A DNA stretch of 64,000 nt, from contig CBDFJR010000005.1 of assembly GCA_965248535.1 (NCBI GenBank), positions 1,312,001-1,376,000 on the forward strand, read 5' to 3'. Made by a program: the position numbers and the translations under genes. The first letter of the stretch is position 1; every line of letters begins with the position of its first letter. Shown in pieces: positions 20,956 to 31,264 of this stretch. The notes under the pieces are model-generated. The model was not told the DNA's origin, did no database searches, and worked only from the letters and a program-made list of their open reading frames with translations. Source of the DNA: Phormidesmis sp. (lineage in GTDB: Bacteria > Cyanobacteriota > Cyanobacteriia > Leptolyngbyales > Leptolyngbyaceae).

Positions 20956-22209
20956 TTATTGCTCAAAGCTGGGTGAAGCGATCGTGACTTTGGTGACCTT
21001 GACGGTGAGGTGACCCTGCCCTAACTGAATCGATAGATCCTCCCCCAGAGAGACTTCTAGCGCCGATCGCGCAATGCTGCCGTTAATCTGACGCACCACT
21101 GCATAGCCGCGTTGAAGCACAGCTTGCGGGTCAAGGGTTGTTAACTTTTCTTGTAAAAGCTGATGGTGTTGAGTTGCCTCTTGAAAGGGGCGCAGGGTCG
21201 ATTGAATCAAACGCTGCCTCAGCCAAGACACTACCTGAGCTTCTTGTTTGATCTGACGATCGAGCTTGAGGCGTTTGACCCGATCGCGCAGACTTTGGAG
21301 GCGATCGCGCTCGACTTCTAAATACTGAGTCACCGCTTGATTTAGGGACTGAAATCGATCCTGATGCTCAGTGTGCAGATGCGCCAGAAAAGGGATCGCT
21401 TGCTCGGCCGCGGCAGTCGGGGTATGGGCACACACATCAGCAGCTAGGTCTGCCAGTGACTCATCGCGCTGATGCCCAATGCCCGCAATGACCGGAATCG
21501 AGCAATTTGCTACCGCCCGCACCACCAATTCGTCATTAAAACAGGCCATATCTTCGATCGCACCGCCACCCCGTGATAGAATTAGTACATCCGCTCTACG
21601 ATCTCGTTCGACTCTGGCGATCGCGGCTACGATCGACGCGGGAGCCTGATCTCCCTGCACTAGTGCCGGAGAAAACAGCACCCGCAACCCTGGATAGCGC
21701 CGCTTGAGAGTGCGTTGGATGTCTCCCCAAGCTGCGGCTTGAGGCGAGGTAACCACCGCCACCGTCTGCGGATGCACCGGGAGAGGACGCTTTCTCTCTA
21801 GGTCAAAGAGTCCTTCTCGCTCTAAGCGGTTTCGCAACTGCCGATAGCGCAGAGCTAAGAGTCCTTCTCCTTCTGGGAGCGCCTGCCAGACAATCAACTG
21901 GTAATTGCCCCGTTGAGGATGGACGTGCACCCGACCCAGCAAAATCAACTGCTCTCCCTGGGCTGGCAGCGTGGCCAATTTGTCGAGTTGGCTATTCCAC
22001 ACGACGCAGCTAATTGAGGCTTTAGCATCGGGGTCTTGCAGCGTAAAAAACAACCCGCTGCGATATCGTGACGCGCTAGAGACTTCCCCTCTCACCCAAA
22101 CTTGACGCAGTTGATCATCTTGCTCAAGCAGCAGTTGAATATAGGCGGTTAACCCCCCCACCGACAGGGCGGAATCTGGGACGATCGGGCCGGGCACATT
22201 AAAGGACAT
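20956..22209 (-). CDS. xseA: Exodeoxyribonuclease VII large subunit
   Basis: VWVRGEVS, RGGGAIED, GIGHQRD, TPTAAAE and VLQRGYA; likely ATG at 22209. Confidence 0.96.
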   Translation of the reverse strand: MSFNVPGPIVPDSALSVGGLTAYIQLLLEQDDQLRQVWVRGEVSSASRYRSGLFFTLQDPDAKASISCVVWNSQLDKLATLPAQGEQLILLGRVHVHPQRGNYQLIVWQALPEGEGLLALRYRQLRNRLEREGLFDLERKRPLPVHPQTVAVVTSPQAAAWGDIQRTLKRRYPGLRVLFSPALVQGDQAPASIVAAIARVERDRRADVLILSRGGGAIEDMACFNDELVVRAVANCSIPVIAGIGHQRDESLADLAADVCAHTPTAAAEQAIPFLAHLHTEHQDRFQSLNQAVTQYLEVERDRLQSLRDRVKRLKLDRQIKQEAQVVSWLRQRLIQSTLRPFQEATQHHQLLQEKLTTLDPQAVLQRGYAVVRQINGSIARSALEVSLGEDLSIQLGQGHLTVKVTKVTIASPSFEQ

Positions 22210-22362
22210 CACAGGTAACCTGGAGAAAGCAGCATCAAACTCTCGATCGATTTCCACTGAAATTTCTAACTCTCATGCTACAAGGTTAATCACGAGTCGC
22301 CATCTTAGACTCTCGACCCCCGCTGAATTTATCTCTCCAACCCTTTCTTTTTTGAGGCGCTA

Positions 22363-23448
22363 ATGGCTAGCAGTAAAACAACCGAAAGTTCCGATAAGCA
22401 AAAAGCCCTGACGATGGTGCTCACCCAGATCGAGCGCAACTTTGGGAAAGGCAGCATTATGCGTCTGGGGGATGCCACCCGGATGAAGGTTGAAACCATT
22501 CCGAGTGGCGCTCTAACGCTAGACTTGGCGCTGGGGGGAGGGTTGCCAAAGGGTCGAGTGATTGAGATCTATGGCCCCGAAAGTTCGGGTAAGACGACGG
22601 TGGCGCTGCACGCGGTTGCCGAAGTGCAAAAAACCGGGGGAACGGCCGCCTATATTGATGCCGAGCACGCCCTTGACCCCAAATATGCGGCGGCTTTGGG
22701 CGTGGATATTGCCAATCTGCTGATCTCTCAGCCTGACACTGGGGAAGCCGCTCTAGAGATTGTGGATCAATTGGTGCGATCGACCGCCGTAGATATCGTG
22801 GTCATCGACTCCGTAGCGGCTCTGGTGCCTCGCGCTGAAATTGAGGGCGAAATGGGCGATTCTCACATGGGTTTGCAAGCTCGGTTGATGAGTCAAGCTC
22901 TGCGAAAAATCACCGGAAACATTGGCAAATCTGGCTGCACAGTGGTCTTTATCAACCAGTTGCGCCAAAAGATCGGCGTGACCTACGGCAGCCCCGAAAC
23001 CACCACGGGCGGGCAGGCGTTGAAATATTATGCCTCGGTGCGTCTGGATATTCGCCGCATTCAAACCCTGAAGCGGGGCAACGAAGAATATGGCAACCGT
23101 GCCAAGGTAAAAGTTGCCAAAAACAAGATTGCTCCCCCGTTCCGCATTGCTGAGTTTGACATCATTTTTGGCAAGGGCATCTCTACGATCGGGTGTCTGG
23201 TTGACCTAGCCGAAGAGACGGGCGTAATCGTTCGCAAGGGTGCCTGGTATAGCTATAACGGCGATAACATCAGTCAAGGACGCGACAATGCAGTCAAATA
23301 CATGGAAGAGAAGCCCGATATCGCCAAAGAAGTTGAAAAACTGGTGCGCGAGAAGCTCGAAATGGGGGCCGTGGTTTCGGCTAACTCGGTGGGAGTGGCT
23401 GACCCAGATGACGAAGAAGACGAAGAGTTTGTAGAAGCCGAAGCGTAA
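22363..23448 (+). CDS. recA: Recombinase RecA
   Basis: [23 protein letters not shown] and [13 protein letters not shown]. Confidence 0.99.
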   Translation: MASSKTTESSDKQKALTMVLTQIERNFGKGSIMRLGDATRMKVETIPSGALTLDLALGGGLPKGRVIEIYGPESSGKTTVALHAVAEVQKTGGTAAYIDAEHALDPKYAAALGVDIANLLISQPDTGEAALEIVDQLVRSTAVDIVVIDSVAALVPRAEIEGEMGDSHMGLQARLMSQALRKITGNIGKSGCTVVFINQLRQKIGVTYGSPETTTGGQALKYYASVRLDIRRIQTLKRGNEEYGNRAKVKVAKNKIAPPFRIAEFDIIFGKGISTIGCLVDLAEETGVIVRKGAWYSYNGDNISQGRDNAVKYMEEKPDIAKEVEKLVREKLEMGAVVSANSVGVADPDDEEDEEFVEAEA

Positions 23449-23468
23449 GGTTTAAGGCTCAATCTCAG

Positions 23469-23494
23469 AGGGTAGACATTTGGACTACCCTTTT
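23469..23494 (+). terminator. Intrinsic terminator after recA
   Basis: AGGGTAG...CTACCCT stem followed by TTT. Confidence 0.6.
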
Positions 23495-23641
23495 GATGAT
23501 TTGGACTCGATCGGGCGATTCAGCCTCTTAGGACTTAGACGATCGACTATCTGCACCATCAGAAACCTCTTCTATCGCGACTATGCCGATCTCTGTCCAC
23601 TTCCCTACAATGGGGAGAGAGTCCTTCTGCTGCTTTGACGT

Positions 23642-24847
23642 ATGCCTCAACAACCTGCCCGTATTTGTATTCTTGGTGGCGGATTTGGTGGTCTCTACAC
23701 TGCGTTGAGATTGGGCCAATTGCCTTGGACAAAGGCAGAAAAACCAGAAATTGTGCTGGTTGATCAGCGCGATCGCTTCGTCTTTGCTCCCTTGCTCTAT
23801 GAACTGGTTACGGGCGAGTTGCAAAGCTGGGAAGTGGCACCGCCCTACGCAGAATTGCTCGAAAACACAGGCATTCGCTTCTGCCAAAAAGAAGTTGCTC
23901 ACATTGATATTGAGTCTAAGCAAGTCCGGCTTCAAGACGGTGAAGCCTTGACCTACGATCGGCTAGTCTTAGCGATGGGTGGCGAGACTCCGCTCGATTT
24001 GGTGCCCGGTGCGGCAGATCACGCGTTGCCCTTTCGCACGATCGCAGATGCCTATCGACTCGAAGAACGGCTGCGGCAGCTAGAAGCATCAGACGGCGAC
24101 AAGATTCGGATTGCGATCGTGGGCGCAGGCTATAGCGGGGTCGAGTTGGCCTGTAAACTAGCGGATCGGTTAGGCGATCGGTTGCGACTGCGATTGGTTG
24201 AGCAGACCGATCAAATTCTGCGGTCGTCTCCAGCCCACAATCGCGAAGCGGCTGATAAAGCCCTGCAATCACGGGGCGTTTGGCTAGATTTAGAGACGAC
24301 CGTAGAAGCGATCGCCGCCGACGCAATCTCTCTGAGCTACAAGGGTGCTAGCGACACGATTCCCGTTGACCTGGTGCTGTGGACGGTGGGCACTCGCGTC
24401 AATCAGGTGGTGCGAGACTTGCCGCTTAAGCAAAACCAGCGTGGGCAACTGCTGACCACGCCCACGCTGCAAGTGGTTGACTCTCCAAACGTGTTTGCCC
24501 TGGGTGATTTGGCAGATTGCAAAGATGCGGATGGTCAACAGGTTCCCCCCACGGCTCAGGCGGCGTTTCAACAGTCTGATTATGCAGGCTGGAATATTTG
24601 GGCATCGCTCACCCATCGCCCGCTCTTGCCGTTTCGCTATCAGCATTTGGGCGAGATGATGACCCTAGGTGAAAACAATGCAACCATGACGGGCATGGGC
24701 TTTCAGCTAGACGGGACGCTTGCTCACATTGTGCGACGGCTCGCTTATTTAAATCGGATGCCTACGCTAAAACATCAGATTCGAGTCGGGTTAAATTGGG
24801 TGATGAAGCCGATCGCTGACACTCTAGCAGGCACCCACGATCGTTAA
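23642..24847 (+). CDS. ndbB: Type II NAD(P)H dehydrogenase, NdbB/NDC1-like (demethylphylloquinone reductase)
   Basis: RICILGGGFGGLYTALRLGQLPW, GAGYSGVELA and WNIWASLTHRPLLPFRY match the NdbB type. Confidence 0.85.
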   Translation: MPQQPARICILGGGFGGLYTALRLGQLPWTKAEKPEIVLVDQRDRFVFAPLLYELVTGELQSWEVAPPYAELLENTGIRFCQKEVAHIDIESKQVRLQDGEALTYDRLVLAMGGETPLDLVPGAADHALPFRTIADAYRLEERLRQLEASDGDKIRIAIVGAGYSGVELACKLADRLGDRLRLRLVEQTDQILRSSPAHNREAADKALQSRGVWLDLETTVEAIAADAISLSYKGASDTIPVDLVLWTVGTRVNQVVRDLPLKQNQRGQLLTTPTLQVVDSPNVFALGDLADCKDADGQQVPPTAQAAFQQSDYAGWNIWASLTHRPLLPFRYQHLGEMMTLGENNATMTGMGFQLDGTLAHIVRRLAYLNRMPTLKHQIRVGLNWVMKPIADTLAGTHDR

Positions 24848-24919
24848 CAGATTCAGTGATTCCAGTCATTGCTAATGTCATCTCTTTTGCGTTCACCGCC
24901 CTGATCTCCAAAAGTTTCT

Positions 24920-25570
24920 ATGAATCGCCCTGCGCTAATTTTTTTTGATGCTGTTGGGACGCTGTTTGGCGTGCGTGGCAGCGTTGGCGAAGTCTATAGT
25001 CAAATAGCTCGTGATTATGGAGTTTATGTTTCGATTGAGGTTTTAAATCAAGCCTTTTATCAACGCTTTAAGGCGGCGAGTTCTCCTGCATTTCCAGGGC
25101 ATTCTCTAAGGGAAATTCCCGATTTAGAGTTTCGCTGGTGGAAGGCGATCGCCGAGCAAACCTTTGCTCAGATCGGGGTGCTGCATGAGTTTTCCGATTT
25201 TTCTGCATTTTTTGCCGACCTCTATCAGCATTTTGCCACCGCCGAACCCTGGGTGCTCTATGCAGACGTGATGCCAACGTTGACGCGGTTGCGCGATCGC
25301 CACATCACCCTAGGCGTTTTGTCTAACTTCGATTCTCGGCTTTACTCGGTTCTCAACGCGCTGGATCTAATGAGTTTTTTTAGCTCGGTGACGATCTCAA
25401 CCGAAGTCGGAGCCGCTAAACCCAATCCGCAAATTTTTGCCCACGCGATCGCCAAACACGACTATCCGGCTCACCAGATCTGGCACGTTGGCGATAGTTT
25501 TGAAGAAGACTTTAAAGCCGCCCAAAGCGCAGGGTTGAGAGGAATCTGGCTCGATCGCGCCTCGACGTAA
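24920..25570 (+). CDS. HAD-superfamily hydrolase (subfamily IA)
   Basis: FFDAVGTL, SNFDSRL, KP and HVGDS..ED motifs. Confidence 0.92.
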   Translation: MNRPALIFFDAVGTLFGVRGSVGEVYSQIARDYGVYVSIEVLNQAFYQRFKAASSPAFPGHSLREIPDLEFRWWKAIAEQTFAQIGVLHEFSDFSAFFADLYQHFATAEPWVLYADVMPTLTRLRDRHITLGVLSNFDSRLYSVLNALDLMSFFSSVTISTEVGAAKPNPQIFAHAIAKHDYPAHQIWHVGDSFEEDFKAAQSAGLRGIWLDRAST

Positions 25571-25597
25571 GGATAATTTGGCATTCCGGTCTAATAT

Positions 25598-25611
25598 AGT
25601 ACCCAAGTACC
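25598..25611. promoter_or_regulatory. Putative LexA (SOS) box upstream of nurA
   Basis: AGTACCCAAGTACC fits RGTACNNNDGTWCB exactly. It follows a TAATAT -10-like hexamer and lies 17 nt before ATG 25629. Confidence 0.7.
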
Positions 25612-25628
25612 AAAATTATCCTGTCACT

Positions 25629-26804
25629 ATGCCGATTAAGCCGTCTCAAATCTTGAGCTTGCTGCAAGAAAAGCGCGATGATTTTATGAGCTATGACAAA
25701 ACCGCGCTGCAAGAGCTTCAGCAATATAGAGCGGCGTTGGCGAAGATGTCGCAGCAGTCATCAGAGACGCTGCTTGAGACCCTAAGCGGCATGAAAGACT
25801 GCGGAGCCTCGCCCTTAGAGCCGTTGGGAAAATTTTCTGATTGGGTGATTCCGTCTCAGCTAGCCTGGCAAAACCGAGAACAGAGTTTGGATTGGGTGCG
25901 CGATCGCATCACCGGAATTTCTACGTTTGCGGTCGATGGCTCTCAAATTTACCCTAGCAAAGATATCTCGGTGCCCGTGGCGCTGGTGCAAATCGGGTGG
26001 TATGAAAATTTTCACTTGCCCTCTGGGGTTTATGAAAAAGACATTGATTTAGATGTGATGACCCCCCACGATCTGCGGGTAGGACGGGGCGATCTCGCCG
26101 ATCGTAAGGTCAATCTCCGCCGTTTTGAGATGGAGACCGATCGCCTGATTCAATACATGGAAGAGCGATCGGGCTGTGAGACCTGTCTCGCTTTTTTTGA
26201 TGGCTCGTTAGTGGTCACCTTTGCAGAAGCATTCGACGAAGAAACTCGAAATTTTTATGTCAAATGTATGGGCAAACTCCTGCAAGCTAGCGAGCATTAT
26301 CGAGTCCCGTTAGTGGGCTATATCGACACGTCTACGGCCCACGATTTGACCGAAATGCTGCGTCGTCTGGGCAATCTGCCGGAGACAAAATCGATTCACG
26401 ATGCTCAACTTCTCAACCGCACCCAAAATCATGCGATGGAATGGGGCGATCGCACGCCTCTTTTTCGCTGCCAGAGATCGGGCATTCTCGATCACTACGG
26501 CGATCAGGGCGACAAAATTGCGTTTACCTATCTCAAAACCAACAAAGACAGTTACCCCGTGCGGCTAGAAATGCCCACATGGATTTATCAAGCAGGCTGG
26601 CACGATCGCATCATCGACTGGGTGCGGGCCGAAGTCGTGATCGGCAGCGGCTATCCCTATGTGATCGAGACCGCAGACCAGGTTGCCGTGTTAAAAAACG
26701 ACGATCGCCAAGTCTTCTATCGACTGCTGCAAGATTGGGCCGATCAAGAAGATTTGAAGCTGCGCCTATCGCGCAAGATGGTGAGCAAAGCCCGACGACG
26801 ATAG
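25629..26804 (+). CDS. nurA: NurA-family DNA repair nuclease
   Basis: FAVDGSQI, FFDGSL, RLEMP and GYPYVIETADQVAV are NurA-type motifs. Confidence 0.88.
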   Translation: MPIKPSQILSLLQEKRDDFMSYDKTALQELQQYRAALAKMSQQSSETLLETLSGMKDCGASPLEPLGKFSDWVIPSQLAWQNREQSLDWVRDRITGISTFAVDGSQIYPSKDISVPVALVQIGWYENFHLPSGVYEKDIDLDVMTPHDLRVGRGDLADRKVNLRRFEMETDRLIQYMEERSGCETCLAFFDGSLVVTFAEAFDEETRNFYVKCMGKLLQASEHYRVPLVGYIDTSTAHDLTEMLRRLGNLPETKSIHDAQLLNRTQNHAMEWGDRTPLFRCQRSGILDHYGDQGDKIAFTYLKTNKDSYPVRLEMPTWIYQAGWHDRIIDWVRAEVVIGSGYPYVIETADQVAVLKNDDRQVFYRLLQDWADQEDLKLRLSRKMVSKARRR

Positions 26805-26831
26805 GCTTTTGACCAATATTCAAACTAAGAA

Positions 26832-28244
26832 TTAACTCAAGTCAGCATCGGAACGAGGTTGATAAACGTAGAAACTGGCGATCAGCGCGATCGTCAGCCA
26901 CCACAGCGTGTTGACCGCCGGACGGTAGAGCACCGTATCGACGAACCCATGCCCCAACATCGCGGCTAGCGCACCAATAATGCCCATCAGCCAAAACCCA
27001 TCCCGATCGTCGAGTTGCCTCAGTCGCTTGAGTTGCACAAACCCTTGATTAAACGTCACCAGCAGCAGCCACAAAAACGCAAACAGACCCATAAATCCCG
27101 TCTCAACCGTCACCTCTAGCAGCACAGAGTAGGCACTCAAAGCACTAAATCGCGCTCGCTGATAAAGCGGATAAATTTTCTTAAACGGCGGATCACCGGG
27201 GCCAATGCCCAACACTGGGTAGTCTTGAATCATTTGCACCACCGAAGTCCAGACATTGAGCCGAAAGTTATTGCTGCTGTCGCCCCGTCCGGCAAAAATG
27301 CTGCTGACGCGATAGCGCAACTGCGGGATCAAAACGACCGCGAGAATAAACAGTCCGGCCGCCGTTCCTAGGGCGATCGGAAGGGCCCAAATCCTCCAAA
27401 AGCGCGGCAGTGCGACACTCCACCAGTACAACATCAAAATTAGCAGCGTCACCAGCAGCGCGACTAAGCCAATCCAGCCGCCGCGACTGCTGGTGTAATA
27501 GAGACACATAAAATTGGCGATCGTCATCGTGAGCGCCAAGAGCTTAGGCACCCAGCCCCGCCAGGCAAAGATCGCGGCCACACTCAGCGCGATCGCGGGC
27601 AGCAGATAGCCTGCTAAGAGATTGGGGTTGCCCAAAAAGCTATAAACCCTCACCGCTTGGGCATTGGGAGACTCTGGATCGACCCAGGTCGCCAGCGCCT
27701 CTGCGCCAAAAAACTTTTGGTGAATGCCATAGACGCTCATCAACAGCGCCCCATGCAGATAGAGCGAAATTAACCACGATCGCAGCCGTGGCGATCGCAA
27801 CACCCTAGCCGCCAACGCAAACAGCAGCACATAGAGGGTGAGCTTACTCCAGCCCGTAAACGCTAGCTTCTTGACCGGAGACATCGCCGCCGCGATCGTC
27901 GCCACCCCCCAATAGAGCGACACCATTAAATGAATGGGCGTAAACCCCGACCCCACAGCCGCCTGTTGCTCTGAGTCAAAGCCGCGATCATCAGAAACCG
28001 TCAGCAGGGCCCAATAGCAGCCGCAGGCAAAGAGCAGCAAGCCTGCCAAATCACTGGAGACAAACGGAGTCAACCCAAAAACCAGGCTGAGAAGGGCCGC
28101 TCCGATCAAGTCTGCCCACTGCATGAGCACACTGCGCTTCCGCCATGCCTGCAACGGCCCGACCAGTCGGTGTAGATAGCTAGCGCTGCGCCACCGATAG
28201 AGCGGCAGCGCTGAGAGGGTGACCTGTTGCCAAACCGAGTTCAT
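26832..28244 (-). CDS. ictB: IctB-family membrane protein (O-antigen ligase-like)
   Basis: LATWVDP, RVYSFLGNPNLLAGYL, SRGGWIG and DSSNNFRLNVW. Confidence 0.93.
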   Translation of the reverse strand: MNSVWQQVTLSALPLYRWRSASYLHRLVGPLQAWRKRSVLMQWADLIGAALLSLVFGLTPFVSSDLAGLLLFACGCYWALLTVSDDRGFDSEQQAAVGSGFTPIHLMVSLYWGVATIAAAMSPVKKLAFTGWSKLTLYVLLFALAARVLRSPRLRSWLISLYLHGALLMSVYGIHQKFFGAEALATWVDPESPNAQAVRVYSFLGNPNLLAGYLLPAIALSVAAIFAWRGWVPKLLALTMTIANFMCLYYTSSRGGWIGLVALLVTLLILMLYWWSVALPRFWRIWALPIALGTAAGLFILAVVLIPQLRYRVSSIFAGRGDSSNNFRLNVWTSVVQMIQDYPVLGIGPGDPPFKKIYPLYQRARFSALSAYSVLLEVTVETGFMGLFAFLWLLLVTFNQGFVQLKRLRQLDDRDGFWLMGIIGALAAMLGHGFVDTVLYRPAVNTLWWLTIALIASFYVYQPRSDADLS

Positions 28245-28337
28245 AAGCGAGTCCCAAGCCTTAGAGAATAATAGCCAAGCTGCCTCAGGCTATGGTCAAT
28301 TATCCTCAAAAACGGATCGCTGGCAAGGGGTATTGAC

Positions 28338-29762
28338 TTATTGGTTGACTGCGCTCAACCGAGGCAACATCACTACATAGCGGTGTCCCGGCTCTGAGCC
28401 ACCCTGAATGAGAATCTTTCCACTGTGCATTTCCGCCAGTTGACGGCTTAATAAGATTCCCAAGTTTCTACGCAGCACTTCTGCCTCGATCGTGTCTGAG
28501 ACCGACTCATCATCAGTGACCACCGCCGTTGAGATCAGATTATAAGCCGATAGCCCAGCGCCATTTGGATAATCGTCATAGTCTAGACCCATCAGCGCCG
28601 CCGACCCCGCAGGCTGGGGCGCATAGATTTCTGAGTAGCCAAGCTCTTCGCCAAAGCAGGGATGAGATGACCAAACCGTTAACTTCAGCCCGCTGCCTTT
28701 GTGAGAGACATGAAGACGAATCAGACTGCCAGCATTAGAGGCTTGAATCACGCTAAACATCAGGTGATAAAGCATCTGCCGAATCTTTTCTTTGTCCAGC
28801 ATCCAGATGCGGTTGCCCGGCTCGACGGAAAGCCTAATCGTTTGCTCTCGACGGTAAGCTGCTTGTTCTAGGGTGCCGATCGCCTGCTGACAAAGCATCT
28901 CAATATCAACTGACGAAAGATTAAGCGACTGAGCGCTATCGGCCATTTGCGAGAGTTCTAAGATCTCTTTCACCAGAGAGAGCAGATATTGCCCACTGTG
29001 ATGAATGATGTCTAAGTATTCTTTCTGTTTAGCGGTGAGCGGCCCGTAGATTTCGCGATTTAAAACGCTGGCCATGCCCATGACTGAGGTGAGAGGAGTC
29101 CGCAGTTCTTGAGTCAACTGGGCGAGTAGCTCAAACTTGATGGAAGGGGGGGCGGCGATCGGGGGCTGAGGGGCGATCGCGGCGGCTGACTTGAGGCTGA
29201 GTGACTGCTTGCTTAGATAAGTGCGCTCATAGTCACTCATGCTCAGACGAGCCGTCAGCGCTAAAAATTCTCGATCTTTGACTGTGAAAACTCGCGGCAC
29301 CAGATCCATAACGGCTAGCGACCCAATACACTCTCCGCTAGAGGTGAGGAGGGGCGCACCCATGTAAGCCCGAATTCCGTAGTGTTGAGCGAGGGTGCTA
29401 TTGGCAAATGCCTGATAATTGAGGGTGTCATCAATGGTCAATATCTGATGGCTGTCTACAACATGGACGCAAAACGACTCGTCACGGGGCATCTGACGAG
29501 ACTGTGCCAAATCATTCATCAAGCCTAGCCGTGCCAGCCCTATGGCCGACTTAAACCACTGACGCTCTGGCTTCATTAAGCCTAAGATGCCGATCGGAGC
29601 CTCTAAAAAATGGGCAGCAGTCTGAGTTGCCTCCTCAAAAATTGGAACGCTGTCTGTCTCAAGCAAGCCCAACGCGGTCAATCTTGATAAACGCTGCTGC
29701 TCGCGTGCCGCCACCGTCAAACCATCTAAGCGACAAAAAAGTCTGCTTTCAGGGATTCCCAT
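28338..29762 (-). CDS. GAF-domain sensor histidine kinase-like protein (phospho-His replaced by Gln)
   Basis: GAF segment (SFCVHV, YMGAPL), HisKA-like TQELRTPLTSVMG and a degenerate HATPase domain. Confidence 0.85.
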   Translation of the reverse strand: MGIPESRLFCRLDGLTVAAREQQRLSRLTALGLLETDSVPIFEEATQTAAHFLEAPIGILGLMKPERQWFKSAIGLARLGLMNDLAQSRQMPRDESFCVHVVDSHQILTIDDTLNYQAFANSTLAQHYGIRAYMGAPLLTSSGECIGSLAVMDLVPRVFTVKDREFLALTARLSMSDYERTYLSKQSLSLKSAAAIAPQPPIAAPPSIKFELLAQLTQELRTPLTSVMGMASVLNREIYGPLTAKQKEYLDIIHHSGQYLLSLVKEILELSQMADSAQSLNLSSVDIEMLCQQAIGTLEQAAYRREQTIRLSVEPGNRIWMLDKEKIRQMLYHLMFSVIQASNAGSLIRLHVSHKGSGLKLTVWSSHPCFGEELGYSEIYAPQPAGSAALMGLDYDDYPNGAGLSAYNLISTAVVTDDESVSDTIEAEVLRRNLGILLSRQLAEMHSGKILIQGGSEPGHRYVVMLPRLSAVNQ

Positions 29763-29972
29763 TCCAACCCCAACCCCTATAAATGAATCCGTGAGATTAT
29801 GTAATTGAGGAGACTTCTCTATAGACAGTCTTCATCTATACCAAGACTGCCCTGGCTTCATGCTATGTGAACCTCTGTATGCAAGGGAGATTACTGAAGT
29901 TTGGGGTTGAAAGCCTGATGTGACCGGAGAGATCACTGACGATGGAGATTTTTTAGACACAGAGAGCGATCG

Positions 29973-30722
29973 CTATTCAAACCAAGCGGGGTGATCGAGC
30001 AGAGCCGCAATCACCCGCACCCCCCGTAGCTGATTTGATAGGGGCAAATGCCCTCGCGGAGCGCTGAGGCTCCAAGTAAACTCGTGGGGATAGCGAGTCC
30101 AATTGTTGCCTGACTTCCAGCCGATTTTTTCCCACAGCTTGTCCCAGTTTTTGCCGACACTTAGCCAGATCTCACGCTGCACCGAAAACCCAAATCGCCC
30201 GCCAGAATGGGCTAGCCAGAGGGCGTTGATCGTCTGCAAATCTACGGATGAAAGGCTTTCGATTTCTGTGAAATAGATCCACTTACGCTGCACCGCCGCC
30301 GACCCAGCAAGCTCACACAGCTTTTGAATGGTTAACTTATCGGCTGCCTCAAACTCTTGCTTTGCCAAAAGTTGCTGAAGGGGGGCATAGTCGAGGCTGT
30401 GCTGCGATCGCAGGGGCACCGTCCCGGTTGGAAAGTGCTGTTGAAGAAAGTCAACCACTTGCGGCGCGTGGGTGTTAAACAGAGCCTGATAGACGGCTGC
30501 TTCAACCACTTTAATAGGCGTTTTGCTGGTTCGTCCGTGATCTAAGTGGGGCTGGCGCTCTAGTAAAAACTCCATCAAGACCGCTAGACCTGCGTCTCCG
30601 ACGGCAATCAACTCGTCAATGATCTGTAGCTGGATTTTTTCTGGCTCCGATCGCAGTTTATATTGCCAGGTGGCGATGCTGGCAGGAATGTTGGGGGCCG
30701 AAGCGGTATCTAGGTTAGTCAT
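29973..30722 (-). CDS. gun4: GUN4 (Ycf53) porphyrin-binding Mg-chelatase activator
   Basis: RKWIYFTE, SGGRFGFSVQ, WTRYP and GHLPLSNQLRG. Confidence 0.95.
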   Translation of the reverse strand: MTNLDTASAPNIPASIATWQYKLRSEPEKIQLQIIDELIAVGDAGLAVLMEFLLERQPHLDHGRTSKTPIKVVEAAVYQALFNTHAPQVVDFLQQHFPTGTVPLRSQHSLDYAPLQQLLAKQEFEAADKLTIQKLCELAGSAAVQRKWIYFTEIESLSSVDLQTINALWLAHSGGRFGFSVQREIWLSVGKNWDKLWEKIGWKSGNNWTRYPHEFTWSLSAPRGHLPLSNQLRGVRVIAALLDHPAWFE

Positions 30723-30756
30723 GAAACGATTTATTCCAGATTGCGGCAGGGAAGGG

Positions 30757-31251
30757 CTAAGAATTTAAGATGCGGCGAATGATGGCACTCGTCGAACTGG
30801 GGACTTCGATTTGAATTAGTTTGATGTGCCCCCCATAAGCGTGAACGATCGACGCTTCAGGCAACGCTTCAATCTTATAGTCTCCCCCCTTAGCATAGAT
30901 CTCTGGCTGGAGCGCTTCAACTAGTTGAGCCGCCGTTGGCTCAGAAAATAGCACCACTCCATCGACTGACCTGACGGCAGCTAGCACTTCTGCCCGCTGC
31001 GCAGCGGGCACGATCGGTCTAGGGGGTGCTCCGTCAGGCTGAGGCTTGATGGTTTGCACCGAGCGATCGCTGTTTAGCCCCACCACGAGCGATCGTCCGA
31101 GCAATTTTGCAGCGCGTAGATAGCGAACGTGCCCGGCGTGCAGCAGATCAAAACAGCCGTTTGTGAACACGAGCGGCCGCCACAAGTGGGGATCGCTAGC
31201 GATCGCGTGTTTGAGTTCGCTTAGACTATAGATACCAGACCGATGATCCAT
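30757..31251 (-). CDS. rfaE2: Cytidylyltransferase-like / heptose-1-phosphate adenylyltransferase (RfaE domain II)
   Basis: FTNGCFDLLHAGH, GLNSDRSV and KGGDY. Confidence 0.85.
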   Translation of the reverse strand: MDHRSGIYSLSELKHAIASDPHLWRPLVFTNGCFDLLHAGHVRYLRAAKLLGRSLVVGLNSDRSVQTIKPQPDGAPPRPIVPAAQRAEVLAAVRSVDGVVLFSEPTAAQLVEALQPEIYAKGGDYKIEALPEASIVHAYGGHIKLIQIEVPSSTSAIIRRILNS

Positions 31252-31264
31252 TTGACTCTATCCC

